The notes beneath the pieces were generated by a model. It was not told where the DNA came from and made no database searches. It saw only the letters and a list, made by a program, of their open reading frames with translations. DNA of 64,000 nucleotides from an uncultured delta proteobacterium. Lineage in GTDB: Bacteria; Desulfobacterota; Binatia; Binatales; Binataceae. The stretch spans positions 1,344,001 through 1,408,000 of the forward strand of contig CAWJET010000002.1 of assembly GCA_963842085.1 (NCBI GenBank), given 5' to 3'. Of the stretch, positions 21,317-30,662 are shown in pieces; the stretch's first letter is position 1, and each line of letters opens with the position of its first letter. Position numbers and translations under genes: made by a program.

Positions 21317-22600
21317 TCACCTTGGCGCGCTGGTCTCGCGATTGTAGCTCTGGTCAACTTGCTCTGCGATATTCTGAAAGACTTCGCGCCAGTACGGCGG
21401 GTCGATTCCATCCTCGTCTGCCGTACGCACGATCACGACCTTTGTCCTTGGCGAGACGAAAATAAACTGGCCATAGGTGCCGATGCCCATGTAGCTGTAG
21501 TCGCTCTTTCCCTGCGACGCACCCCACCAGAAGTATTTGTAGTAGCCGCCCTTGTCCTGCCATCGGGAGAAAGTCTCCCACGGACGATGGTCATTCGGAT
21601 CCCTGCTGGTGGATTCAATGACCCAGTGCTCGGGGACGATCTGCCTACCGTTCCAATTGCCGTTATTCAAGTACAGCCGCCCGAATTTGGCCAAGTCTAT
21701 AGCTCTCGCGTTGAGCAGTATCGGCGTTATTTCGAAGCCGTCCTGCTCGCTGTCGATGCTCCAGGTGGCTGGAAATTCCATACCTATCGGCTTCCAGATT
21801 TTTTCTTGAAGATACTGGCTGGGCTGCTTATGCGTCGACCGTTCGAGGATCATGCCAATGAGTTCGGCGTTGAAGTTGTTGTAATGAAAGGATTGTCCCG
21901 GCGGCTCTGTGATCTTCAGGTCCGATAGCAGCAGTTGCCTTAGATTGGGGTAGTAGCCAGCTAGCACAAATTCGTCCCATGGGAAAAAACCGATCCGGTA
22001 CTGAATCCCCGATCCCATCGTCAGAAGATTTTTGATCGTAATCGCTGCGAAGCCCCGGTCTTTGAGCTCTGGCAGGTAATTTGTGATCGGATCGTCGAGG
22101 TTCTTGATATAGCCATCAGAGATCGCGATTCCCACCAGTGCCGAGGTGACGGACTTTGATAGCGACCATGAGGTGCTGAGAGAGTCGCGGGCGAAGCCGT
22201 TGAAGTAATTTTCGTATAGCAACTGGTTGTCTCTGACGACGATGAATGCATGAGTGCCGGTCGAGCGAAGCAACTCAGGTAGCGCGACCCGCTTCACGCC
22301 TGCGCTGTCTTCGTATTCCACCACATCCGGAACCAAATCGCGCTTGCCCGGCGCAAAGTGAAATGCGTCCGGCGACTTGTCGATTGAGTGGTATCGGTAA
22401 CTCTTGTATTCGTCGGAACGGGATGAGATGGGGCGTTGGGCGCCCCACACGAAATAGCGGTAGAGGTAACCCGGTTGTGTCCAAGCGGCGGCACTCGCCG
22501 GCGAGGCCAACATCAAACCCGCGGAGAGGCAGAGTAGCACCGTGAGAGGCCGATCGACCCAGCGCCTCCATATTTCAACGATGTACCGGTCTAGTCGCAT
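21317..22600 (-). CDS. Serine hydrolase, beta-lactamase class C-like / 6-aminohexanoate-dimer hydrolase-like
   Basis: SLSKS (SxxK), FHYNN (YxN), LLTMGSG, signal-like N-terminus. Confidence 0.9.
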   Translation of the reverse strand: MRLDRYIVEIWRRWVDRPLTVLLCLSAGLMLASPASAAAWTQPGYLYRYFVWGAQRPISSRSDEYKSYRYHSIDKSPDAFHFAPGKRDLVPDVVEYEDSAGVKRVALPELLRSTGTHAFIVVRDNQLLYENYFNGFARDSLSTSWSLSKSVTSALVGIAISDGYIKNLDDPITNYLPELKDRGFAAITIKNLLTMGSGIQYRIGFFPWDEFVLAGYYPNLRQLLLSDLKITEPPGQSFHYNNFNAELIGMILERSTHKQPSQYLQEKIWKPIGMEFPATWSIDSEQDGFEITPILLNARAIDLAKFGRLYLNNGNWNGRQIVPEHWVIESTSRDPNDHRPWETFSRWQDKGGYYKYFWWGASQGKSDYSYMGIGTYGQFIFVSPRTKVVIVRTADEDGIDPPYWREVFQNIAEQVDQSYNRETSAPR

Positions 22601-22609
22601 TCTAGCTGG

Positions 22610-22705
22610 CAAGCGCGAGCGCGGCGGCGTGGCGCGGCTTCATGCTACGATTGTCCTGGTCTAGGCGAAGAGTCTCAAACTTGCAGCGTCTGAGATATCC
22701 ACCCT
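22610..22705 (-). repeat. ~96-bp upstream + signal-peptide module (MKPRHAAALAL), copy 1
   Basis: Reverse complement aligns with 60252-60350. Confidence 0.85.
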
Positions 22706-22761
22706 CGGGGATCTCCAAGAATTGCACCGGGACCGCACTGTCGGCTCGCAGAAGCGCACGT

Positions 22762-23001
22762 TCACTTCGGGTATGGGAGGACGAATCGCTTTTCCCTGAA
22801 AGACTCCAGCTCTTCAACCAGATGCCGATGTCCTCGCGTGATGTCCCGCCCGTTGCGGGTGCACAGGCGGGTCGAAGCACCATCGCGAATAGCGAGGATT
22901 CGGAATCCATCATGCTTTATCTCGAAAAACCAATCGTCGCCGTCGAACTGTATGGGGACCAACCTAACGATCCGAAGCGGGAACTCAGCGGGCGTGAGCA
23001 T
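22762..23001 (-). pseudogene. ATP-dependent DNA ligase (LigD-like) N-terminal fragment
   Basis: WFFEIKHDGFR (motif I KxDG), TRNGRD; truncated at 79 aa. Confidence 0.8.
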
Positions 23002-23616
23002 GTCGATTCATGATCTTTTATCACTCCGCTCGCCGATGTCGTTAGCGCCAATCGCGGCCGGTCGAATATCTCGAAACCGCGCTTGCGTTCGCGAGCAATC
23101 ACGGCCTCGGCATTGCGATCGCAGAGTTCGATTCGACGAACCGGGCGACCCGCCGCGTCGATCTTCCGGAGAAACTATCGTCGCGTGGCTCGTCGCGCAT
23201 TGCGTCGCTCGGCACTGCGCCGGGTAGCCGCGTCGGCCAATCTAACCCAGTCGGAGCGGGATCGAAGTCCGTTTCAAGCATCCTCTGATCTCTATAACGA
23301 TTTACGCTCTCTGAGCGCTTTCGCAGCGCTCCAAGTTCGCATCTATCAATTGCATAAGACGCGCGTAGGCATATAGATGAGCAAAGGATCCGAGGACTGC
23401 TTCACGAGGCCGCCGCACTGCGTTTGAAGACACATTTGAGACATGGACCGGCCTCTTTGCGGATCGGCTAACGGACACCACAATCCATTGGACCGGTTCG
23501 GCGCAGCCACTCCTGGCTAGCGTCGCCTATTTCAACGCGCGTGCGTGCCGGTCGTCATGAGGTGGGCGCAACGCTTGCAAACAACGAACCGTCGAAAGGA
23601 CCTTGAGAGCGCCTGC

Positions 23617-23943
23617 TCAGGAAGCTTTCGCCTTCCTCTCCGCCCAGCGCTTTTTCATCGCTTCGGACAACCTCTTCCTCCCTGCGGGTGTGAGTCGCCC
23701 ACGTCTCTTTGGCGCGGCAGCCTTAGCGGACAATTTTTTTGCCCGCCGCTGCGCCCAACGTCTTTTCATCGCCAGTGACAATCGGCGTCGCCCTGCCGGG
23801 GTAATGCCACCCCGTCTCTTAGGCGCAGGTTTTCGAGTGGCGCTTTTGCCACTCACACCCGCGCTTCCGATCAGGGCGGCAATTGCCCGAGCTATCTTGT
23901 CTCTCTCACCTTTCAATTCTGCAATGATTGCGCTTAGGTCCAA
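23617..23943 (-). CDS. Small, highly basic protein with two tandem repeats (putative DNA-binding)
   Basis: AAGGAG RBS before TTG at 23943; coiled N-terminus, repeats PKRRGGITPAGRRRLSLAMKRRWAQRRAK / PKRRGRLTPAGRKRLSEAMKKRWAERKAK. Confidence 0.8.
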   Translation of the reverse strand: MDLSAIIAELKGERDKIARAIAALIGSAGVSGKSATRKPAPKRRGGITPAGRRRLSLAMKRRWAQRRAKKLSAKAAAPKRRGRLTPAGRKRLSEAMKKRWAERKAKAS

Positions 23944-24125
23944 TATGGGCTCTCCTTGACCGAAGAGTTGAGACAGTATCGACAGTATCGTGTCTGCGCG
24001 AAGGAACTTCAATAGCTTCCGCCGTCGCTCAAACGCCCAACACAACAGAGGTGCCCCGTGGGGAGTTGAATCGCCGGTAGCATTGGGTGTAGCGGAAGCT
24101 TCCCAATAGCGGTAGGAGGCCATCC

Positions 24126-24425
24126 ATGAAACACGAGAGCGACGAACTATTGGACTTTCCGTTGCTGTTAGACGAGGAGATCAAAAGCTGGCGTCGGGAT
24201 ATTGAGGCGCTCCAGCACGGCGAGAAAACCGGCCGTGGCCCTGACTTCTGGAACCGCGTCACAGTCGAGATGCAGCGGCGGCAAGCGAACTTCCAAATCC
24301 GGGCCGCGGAGTCGCAGCGGCGTGCGGCCTGGTGGTTGGTGGTCGCGACCATCTGCCTGATCGGAACCTCGATCGCATCGGTGGTGATTCAGGCCAGGAT
24401 CTTTGGGCCTGGATGGAAACTCTAA
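24126..24425 (+). CDS. Hypothetical protein with C-terminal TM helix
   Basis: AGGAGG RBS, hydrophobic C-terminal segment. Confidence 0.55.
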   Translation: MKHESDELLDFPLLLDEEIKSWRRDIEALQHGEKTGRGPDFWNRVTVEMQRRQANFQIRAAESQRRAAWWLVVATICLIGTSIASVVIQARIFGPGWKL

Positions 24426-24628
24426 GATTCCGTCGTTTGCAGCGTAAGCCGTAGACAACCGTCACAACGGTGATGGTTATGGCCCTGAGCCCGAAACCGA
24501 TAATGAAACCTTTCCTACCAGCCGCCTCCGTTCAGATTCTCGCTCATTCTGCCGAGGCGAATCGCGCGTTAGCCATTCGGAACGCTGCGGTTGTATATAC
24601 CGTCCAGAAGCAACTGGAGGATCCTTAT

Positions 24629-25459
24629 ATGGCGATCGATTACAGCGAATACGAATTTCTCAAAGTGGAAGTGGCCGAGCGTGTTGCGACGATAACGATC
24701 AATCGGCCGGAGTCGCTCAACGCGGTCAACAGCGTGGTTCATCATGAATTGGAGCAGATCTGGATTGACGTGCGCGCCGATCAGGACGTCAACGCGATCA
24801 TTCTCACCGGCGCCGGCCGCGCGTTTTGCGCCGGTGGTGATGTGAAGGGCATGGCGGGCGGTAGCCTGGTCGGGCCGACCGGTAAGAAGGGCAAGGGCCG
24901 CGGGCGCGGTCCCATCGCCGCATCAAATGGCCGCCGCCTGGTGGATAATATGCTCGATGTCGAGCAACCGATCATCGGTGCCATCAATGGTGACGCGGTC
25001 GGTCTCGGCGCGACGCTCGCGCTGCTGTGCGACATCACGGTGGTTTCCGAGAAGGCGCGCTTTGCCGATACCCACGTCAAGGTGGGAATCGTCGCCGGCG
25101 ACGGCGGCGCGGTCATCTGGCCGCTGTTGATCGGACCGCATCGCGCCAAGGAATTCCTGATGCGCGGCAATTTCATCAGCGGGGCCGAGGCGGGCCGCAT
25201 CGGGATGGTGAATTACGCGGTGGCGCCGGAGCAGGTAATGACGAAAGCGCGCGAGCTCGCGCAGGAACTCGCTGATGGTCCCACTCTGGCGATCAGATGG
25301 AGCAAGCTCGCAGTCAACAAATGGCTCAAGCAGCAGTCCAATCTGATTATGGACGCGTCGCTGGCGTATGAGATGATGACCTTCAACACCAGGGATCATG
25401 ACGAGGCGGTGAAGGCGTTCGTCGAAAAGCGCAAGCCTAATTTCGTCGGTGTGAAATAG
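24629..25459 (+). CDS. Enoyl-CoA hydratase/isomerase family protein
   Basis: INRPESLNA, AFCAGGD, AINGDAVGLG, AFVEKRKPNF; GGAGG RBS before ATG 24629. Confidence 0.92.
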   Translation: MAIDYSEYEFLKVEVAERVATITINRPESLNAVNSVVHHELEQIWIDVRADQDVNAIILTGAGRAFCAGGDVKGMAGGSLVGPTGKKGKGRGRGPIAASNGRRLVDNMLDVEQPIIGAINGDAVGLGATLALLCDITVVSEKARFADTHVKVGIVAGDGGAVIWPLLIGPHRAKEFLMRGNFISGAEAGRIGMVNYAVAPEQVMTKARELAQELADGPTLAIRWSKLAVNKWLKQQSNLIMDASLAYEMMTFNTRDHDEAVKAFVEKRKPNFVGVK

Positions 25460-25538
25460 CCCTTCGAACGAGTGCCACAGGAAATCCGCTTTAGCAGACT
25501 TCTCCCTTGCCCCCCGTACGCGGAGTCGCGATCGTGGT

Positions 25539-25860
25539 CTACTTTGTCGCAAATATCAGCGGCGACGGAGACGGCGCCGGGATCGTCTTGACGATGCGGA
25601 ATCCCGCTTCTTTCAGCCATGTGCAGTATTCGCGCATCGTGAAAACGTCAGCGCCGGGCGTCGCGCGCATCAGCATGTTGAGCCCGAATAGCATCGGTAT
25701 CATCGGCCCGGTCCGCTCGTCATTCGGAATGAAATCCGCGATCAGAAGCTGACCCTTGTCCTTGAGGGCATACGCGGTTTTCCCAATCAGCTTCTGCCCC
25801 CAGTCGGCGCCCTCGCCATGGACGATGTGGCCGTTGGCAACGCCGATCGCGAGTTCGCCA
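25539..25860 (-). pseudogene. O-methyltransferase (Methyltransf_2-like) C-terminal remnant
   Basis: GHIVH...ALKDKGQLLIADFIPNDERTGP...LNML...EY..WLKEAGF; no N-terminus. Confidence 0.75.
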
Positions 25861-25934
25861 TAATGCAATCGCGCGGTAAGGCTGCGGCGCACGAATCGTC
25901 AAAAACGCGCGCGATTGTTGTAGTCAGCGAAGTC

Positions 25935-26015
25935 TCGAAATGGCTCGCCGACGATGAGGCGCGGCAACGGGCGGGCCGGCACGTGCATGGCGCAATGAGA
26001 AGGAGGTCGGGCGGC
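25935..26015 (+). repeat. 81-bp direct repeat copy A (GT-B/WaaA-like C-terminal coding fragment)
   Basis: Ungapped alignment to 27013-27093, about 64/81 identical by manual count. Confidence 0.8.
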
Positions 26016-26106
26016 CGGTCCGCAAAGATGCTCAATACTTGAAATAGAGTCTTGCGTACTTTAATTTGCTTAGCGGGCGGATTGACGTTGTGGAGGTGGG
26101 CTTCAC

Positions 26107-26787
26107 ATGAATGTGGAGTGCTGGTTGGGGCGATGGGCAAGCGCCGGCCGAATTACCCTTGTGATTGTTCTCCCTGCAACGGTCACGCTCCTTAGTGCCT
26201 GCTGGGAGTGGGACGTTGCTGGTCCACTCATTGGCGTTGGCGCTGCGGGTACCGGGGCGACGATCGTTGCTGTCGAAGGTGCGCCCTCGTCGCGCTCAAG
26301 CGTATCAGTAGAGAGCCAACGTGGCGACAATAGTAATCCAGTCGTGGCGCACTCTGCGAACCCGCAGCCGTTAGACGCTGCGAGCGGTCCGGTTACGGCG
26401 GCTTTGCCCGCCTTTGCTCCGTCCACGACTCCGCCGCGCACCGTCGCGGCCGCAAGACATTCGCGCAACTCGCGTCTGCGTCAACAGCGTAAGAGCAAGA
26501 CTCAAGATGTCGCGCGCTCAGGCAACGCGCGCCGTCCACATCGTAGGGTTGGCCCGCTTGTGACGGGTTCAAAATCGTCGACAACGCTCGCAACTCGCTC
26601 CCCCAACATCGCTGCTGCCAAGGGTCCGCCTAGACCGCGTCTGAGTCACCCGCGAGGCAGTATTACTCGAGTTATTGCCAGCACCGCCAAGCCGCAGCCT
26701 TCGGATCATCGCAGTGGCCCAGTTACCGCGGCTCTACCGGACACCGCGCCGCCTGGAGAGCTCCCGGCCACCACGATCGTTCAGTGA
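26107..26787 (+). CDS. Hypothetical low-complexity (Pro/Ser/Ala/Arg-rich) possible lipoprotein
   Basis: LSAC lipobox-like motif; internal repeat SGPVTAALP twice. Confidence 0.5.
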   Translation: MNVECWLGRWASAGRITLVIVLPATVTLLSACWEWDVAGPLIGVGAAGTGATIVAVEGAPSSRSSVSVESQRGDNSNPVVAHSANPQPLDAASGPVTAALPAFAPSTTPPRTVAAARHSRNSRLRQQRKSKTQDVARSGNARRPHRRVGPLVTGSKSSTTLATRSPNIAAAKGPPRPRLSHPRGSITRVIASTAKPQPSDHRSGPVTAALPDTAPPGELPATTIVQ

Positions 26788-26803
26788 TCCGAACATCGCG
26801 TAC

Positions 26804-26958
26804 GAAGCACTCTCTCCCTCCAGCCCCAAGAGGTTCGTCGCGACTTCACCGTCAACGGCTACGTCTTCTTCCCCAAGGGTGACTACGACCAGGTCGAGAT
26901 GGTGCTGGTTGATCACGAAACCGGTGGCATCCAGATCCTCCGCGAACCTTGGCATTGA
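26804..26958 (+). pseudogene. 3' fragment duplicate of lipoprotein 13830-14507
   Basis: High nucleotide identity to ~14355-14507 including the stop codon. Confidence 0.85.
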
Positions 26959-27012
26959 TCCGCTCATCGCTGTGAACGAAGCCTATTCGCTTTGCTGAAA
27001 AGTCGAAGACCT

Positions 27013-27132
27013 TCGAAACGGCTCAGTGACGATGAGGCGCGATCACGTGCAGGCCGGCACGCGCATGCCGCGCTCAGCTGAAGGTCGGGCGGCGCGCGGT
27101 TCGCCTTGAAGGCGATCGAAAGGCTGATTTAA
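27013..27132 (+). repeat. Direct repeat copy B, continuing to a stop codon (GT-B/WaaA-like C-terminus)
   Basis: SKRLSDDEARSRAGRHAHAALS*RSGGARFALKAIERLI*. Confidence 0.7.
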
Positions 27133-27400
27133 TGGCGTTGCTTGAACCACCGAGACCTGCGATCAAAGACTGCGCGCGCAGATTTTGGCTTGCCATCAGG
27201 CGGAACCGGCAGCGGTAAAGCAAATCGCGGAACTCTTTTAGGATCGATTCGCCGCGTATGTCGCGTTTCGTTTGCGACCTTCACCAGCGCAATTCCATCG
27301 CAATTCGGATCACCGCCAAAGTTCCGGTTCAGATAAAATTTTTAATTGGGACAGGTCGGCGCTATGTTTGCTACCAGCAGCACGACAAGGAGCACGGCAA

Positions 27401-28771
27401 ATGAGGTTCGGACTCTTCTATGAACATCAACTTCCCCGCCCTTGGAGCGAGCACAGCGAAGAGCAGCTGATTCATCACGCGCTCGAACAGATTGAGCTCG
27501 CCGACCGGCTCGGCTTTCACAGCGTTTGGGAGGTCGAGCACCACTTCCTCGAGGAGTATTCGCATTCGAGCGCGCCTGAAGTGTTTTTGGCCGCCGCAAG
27601 CCAGCGCACCACGAACATCCGCCTCGGACATGGCATCATTCTCACCGCGCCCAGCTACAATCATCCTGCGCGCACCGCGGAGCGGGTCGCGATGCTCGAC
27701 CTGGTCTCCCACGGGCGCGTCGAATTCGGATCGGGTGAATCGGGGTCGCTGTCCGAACTGGGCGGATTCAACCTTGCTCCCGCGCTCAAGCGCGAGATGT
27801 GGCGCGAGGGCCTCGAAGTCGCGATCCGCTGCATGAGCGAGACGCCATTCGCCGGCTTCGACGGCAAGTACGTGCGGATGGAGCCGCGCAACGTGGTGCC
27901 CAAGCCGGTCCAGAAGCCACATCCGCCGTTATGGGTTGCCTGCTCGCGCCGCGAGACCATCCTGCTCGCGGCAGAACTGGGGATCGGCGCGCTGACATTC
28001 TCCTTCATCGACCCGGAAGAGGCGGTCCATTGGATGACGGATTACCGCAAGACGCTCGCCGAGCGTTGCGTGCCGATTGGCCGCGCGATCAATCCAGAAG
28101 TCGCGTGCGTGACGCCGATGATGGTCCATCACGACGAACGCGAGGCGATCATTCGCGGGCTCGAGGGTGGAAATTTCTTCGGCTACTCGCTGGGCCACTT
28201 CTACATCTTCGGCGACCACAAGCCCGGGCGCACCGACGTGTGGGGCGAATTTCAGAAGCGGCGCGCCGAGCGCGGCTTCTCACCGGATGTGGCAGTCGCG
28301 ATGCGCCAGCGGCGGCTTGCCACCCGGCTCGCCGATTCCAGCGGCGCCGAGCAGGGAATCCGGGGCGCCATCGGGACCCCCGAACAGTTGCGCGAGTATC
28401 TTCGTCGGTACGAGGAAGCCGGCGTCGATCAGATGATCTTCGTAATGCAGGCCGGCAAAAATCGGCACGAGCACATCATGGAGGCGGTTGAACTGTTCGC
28501 GCGCGAAGTGTTGCCGGAGTTCGCAGAGCGCGACGACGAAGCGCGCCGCCGCAAGCTCGATCTACTCGCCCCCGCTATCGAGGCGGCGATGAGCCGCAAG
28601 CCGGATCGCGCGCCGACGGTGCGCGACGACTACACGGTGCCGGCGCTGGCTAAGGTGCTGGTCGAGGCGCACGGCGGCCACGAACTGGTCGAGAAGCTGG
28701 CCGGCGATTCCGCGATCGGAATCCCGCGGCCGCGCGATTTGCAGGAACAACTGCTACAGCGCCGGCGCTAG
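27401..28771 (+). CDS. LLM-class flavin-dependent oxidoreductase (luciferase-like)
   Basis: MRFGLFYEHQLPRPW, WEVEHHF, DLVSHGRVEFG, PKPVQKPHPP; AAGGAG RBS. Confidence 0.92.
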   Translation: MRFGLFYEHQLPRPWSEHSEEQLIHHALEQIELADRLGFHSVWEVEHHFLEEYSHSSAPEVFLAAASQRTTNIRLGHGIILTAPSYNHPARTAERVAMLDLVSHGRVEFGSGESGSLSELGGFNLAPALKREMWREGLEVAIRCMSETPFAGFDGKYVRMEPRNVVPKPVQKPHPPLWVACSRRETILLAAELGIGALTFSFIDPEEAVHWMTDYRKTLAERCVPIGRAINPEVACVTPMMVHHDEREAIIRGLEGGNFFGYSLGHFYIFGDHKPGRTDVWGEFQKRRAERGFSPDVAVAMRQRRLATRLADSSGAEQGIRGAIGTPEQLREYLRRYEEAGVDQMIFVMQAGKNRHEHIMEAVELFAREVLPEFAERDDEARRRKLDLLAPAIEAAMSRKPDRAPTVRDDYTVPALAKVLVEAHGGHELVEKLAGDSAIGIPRPRDLQEQLLQRRR

Positions 28772-28924
28772 AGTGTCGCAGCGAAGCACGCGCAACGCTT
28801 CACCGGATGCCGTCATGAGCACCACTCACACTCTCGTCGTGAACCGACCGCCGCACCGGGTGACCGTCGATCACTGGCACTGCCGCAAGCGCCAGGAGAC
28901 CGTTCTGGGGAGGTAGCAAAGGAA

Positions 28925-29881
28925 ATGACCAAGCATCCGATTCGATTTGGATTCCAGTCCGGGCAACAAAACGTCACGTGGGAACGGATGCGCGACGTCT
29001 GGGAGAAATTCGACGCTTGGGGCTACGACTCGCTGTGGGCCTTCGATCACTTCTATCCGATCTTCACGCCCGACCCGGCCGGTCCCTGCATGGAGAACTG
29101 GACGCTGCTGAGCGCGCTCAGCCAGCGCACCAGGCGCGCCCGCATCGGCGCGCTCGTCAACGGCAACACCTATCGCAATCCGTGCCTGACCGCGAAGATG
29201 GCGGCCACGCTCGACCACGTAAGCGGCGGCAGGCTCAATCTCGGCCTTGGCGCCGGATGGAATGAGCTCGAGCATCGGAGCTTCGGGATCGACTTCAAAA
29301 CCGTCCACGGGCGCCTCGAAGCGCTCGACGAGTCGTGCCAGATCGTCAAGGGAATGTTCACCCAGGACAGAACCACGGTCGAGGGCACGCACTACCGCGT
29401 GCTCGACGCGGTCTGTAATCCCAAACCGCTCCAGAAGCCGCACATCCCGTTGATGATCGGCGGACGCGGAGAAAGATCCCTCCTCAAGATCGTCGCCAAG
29501 CATGCCGATATGTGGAATACCATGCATGCGAATCCCGCCGAGATGAAACGCCTGATCGACGTTATCGAGCGGCACGGTGACACGGTCGGACGCAACACCG
29601 ACGAAATCGAAAAGACCATCATGATGCCGCTGTGCTACCAGGCGTCTAAGGAGCGCCAGCAGATGATCTCCGCGGGTGTGGCGAGCATGGCGCGGATCAC
29701 GCCCGAGCAGGCGCGCGATCGAATCATGATCGGCGGCAAGGACGAATGCCTCGACAGGATCGCGCAGTACGCCGAGGTCGGCGTCACGCACTTCATCTTC
29801 AGCTTGCGCTGGCCGATTCTCGTCGAGGAAGAGTTTCAGGCGTTCGCCGAAGAAGTCATTCCGGCGAGCCGCCCGCGGTGA
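28925..29881 (+). CDS. LLM-class, probably F420-dependent oxidoreductase
   Basis: WAFDHF, YRNPCLTAKMAATLDHVSGGRLNLGLGAGW, PKPLQKPH, IGGRGE. Confidence 0.9.
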   Translation: MTKHPIRFGFQSGQQNVTWERMRDVWEKFDAWGYDSLWAFDHFYPIFTPDPAGPCMENWTLLSALSQRTRRARIGALVNGNTYRNPCLTAKMAATLDHVSGGRLNLGLGAGWNELEHRSFGIDFKTVHGRLEALDESCQIVKGMFTQDRTTVEGTHYRVLDAVCNPKPLQKPHIPLMIGGRGERSLLKIVAKHADMWNTMHANPAEMKRLIDVIERHGDTVGRNTDEIEKTIMMPLCYQASKERQQMISAGVASMARITPEQARDRIMIGGKDECLDRIAQYAEVGVTHFIFSLRWPILVEEEFQAFAEEVIPASRPR

Positions 29882-30040
29882 GGACCGGCTCAGCCAGTGG
29901 ATCATCACGCGTCGAGAAGTGCTTACCGTTGGTGCCACCAACTGGGCGCTAGAATGGTATTGGCGCGACGGCTCGTCAAGAATCGAAGAGATCGGAGGTC
30001 ATCATGGAGCAAACCCAATACGAGTGTTAGAGGAAGAATC

Positions 30041-30555
30041 GGCACTGGTTCAATTTGAAAGTTTGCGACTGGATCAATCGAACAGCAACATGACTGTCTG
30101 AAATCGGCTTGAGATTTGGCGACTCCGCATGCCACGATTCTCTAGCAAGGAAACAGTAAACCTCTGGCTTGAACGAACCAAAAGGACACGCGATGAAAGC
30201 GAACCACGTTCACGTCGGCGTTCGTCATCTGCCCGCTGCGCTGGAATGGCCTGAACGAGTTTGGGAGCTCAAGCCAGTGTTTCAGATTCCACAGATGGCG
30301 ATTTACGCGGTTGGCGACTTCAGTCTTTTCGTCGATGCTGAGGCTCACGACTCTCTGGTAACAATCGGATTCGTAAGTGAAGACTGCGACGCCGACTATG
30401 CGCGAGTAGTATCGCGCGGTGCCGTCGTCGTCAGCGCACCGGAGAACAAACCCTACGGCTCGCGAGCCGCCTATGTTAGAGGACCCGCCGCGATGACGTT
30501 CGAGATTGAGCAGCCACTAACGAAGTGAGTCTTCGGGCCAAATTGAACCAGTGCC
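30041..30555. mobile_element. 515-bp cassette bounded by perfect 17-bp inverted repeats, carrying a VOC gene
   Basis: GGCACTGGTTCAATTTG at 30041-30057; CAAATTGAACCAGTGCC at 30539-30555. Confidence 0.65.
30193..30528 (+). CDS. VOC/glyoxalase family protein
   Basis: NHVHVGVR, RGAVVVSAPENKPYGSRAAYVRGP, FEIEQ; AAGGA RBS. Confidence 0.85.
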   Translation: MKANHVHVGVRHLPAALEWPERVWELKPVFQIPQMAIYAVGDFSLFVDAEAHDSLVTIGFVSEDCDADYARVVSRGAVVVSAPENKPYGSRAAYVRGPAAMTFEIEQPLTK

Positions 30556-30662
30556 CGAAATCTCGAATCCTTGCGACACATGGGAATTTTCACTATGGAT
30601 ATCTATGAGTCCGCAGATTCATAATGGGAAATCTCGGATGAACCGTCCGGAGAACGATCGTT

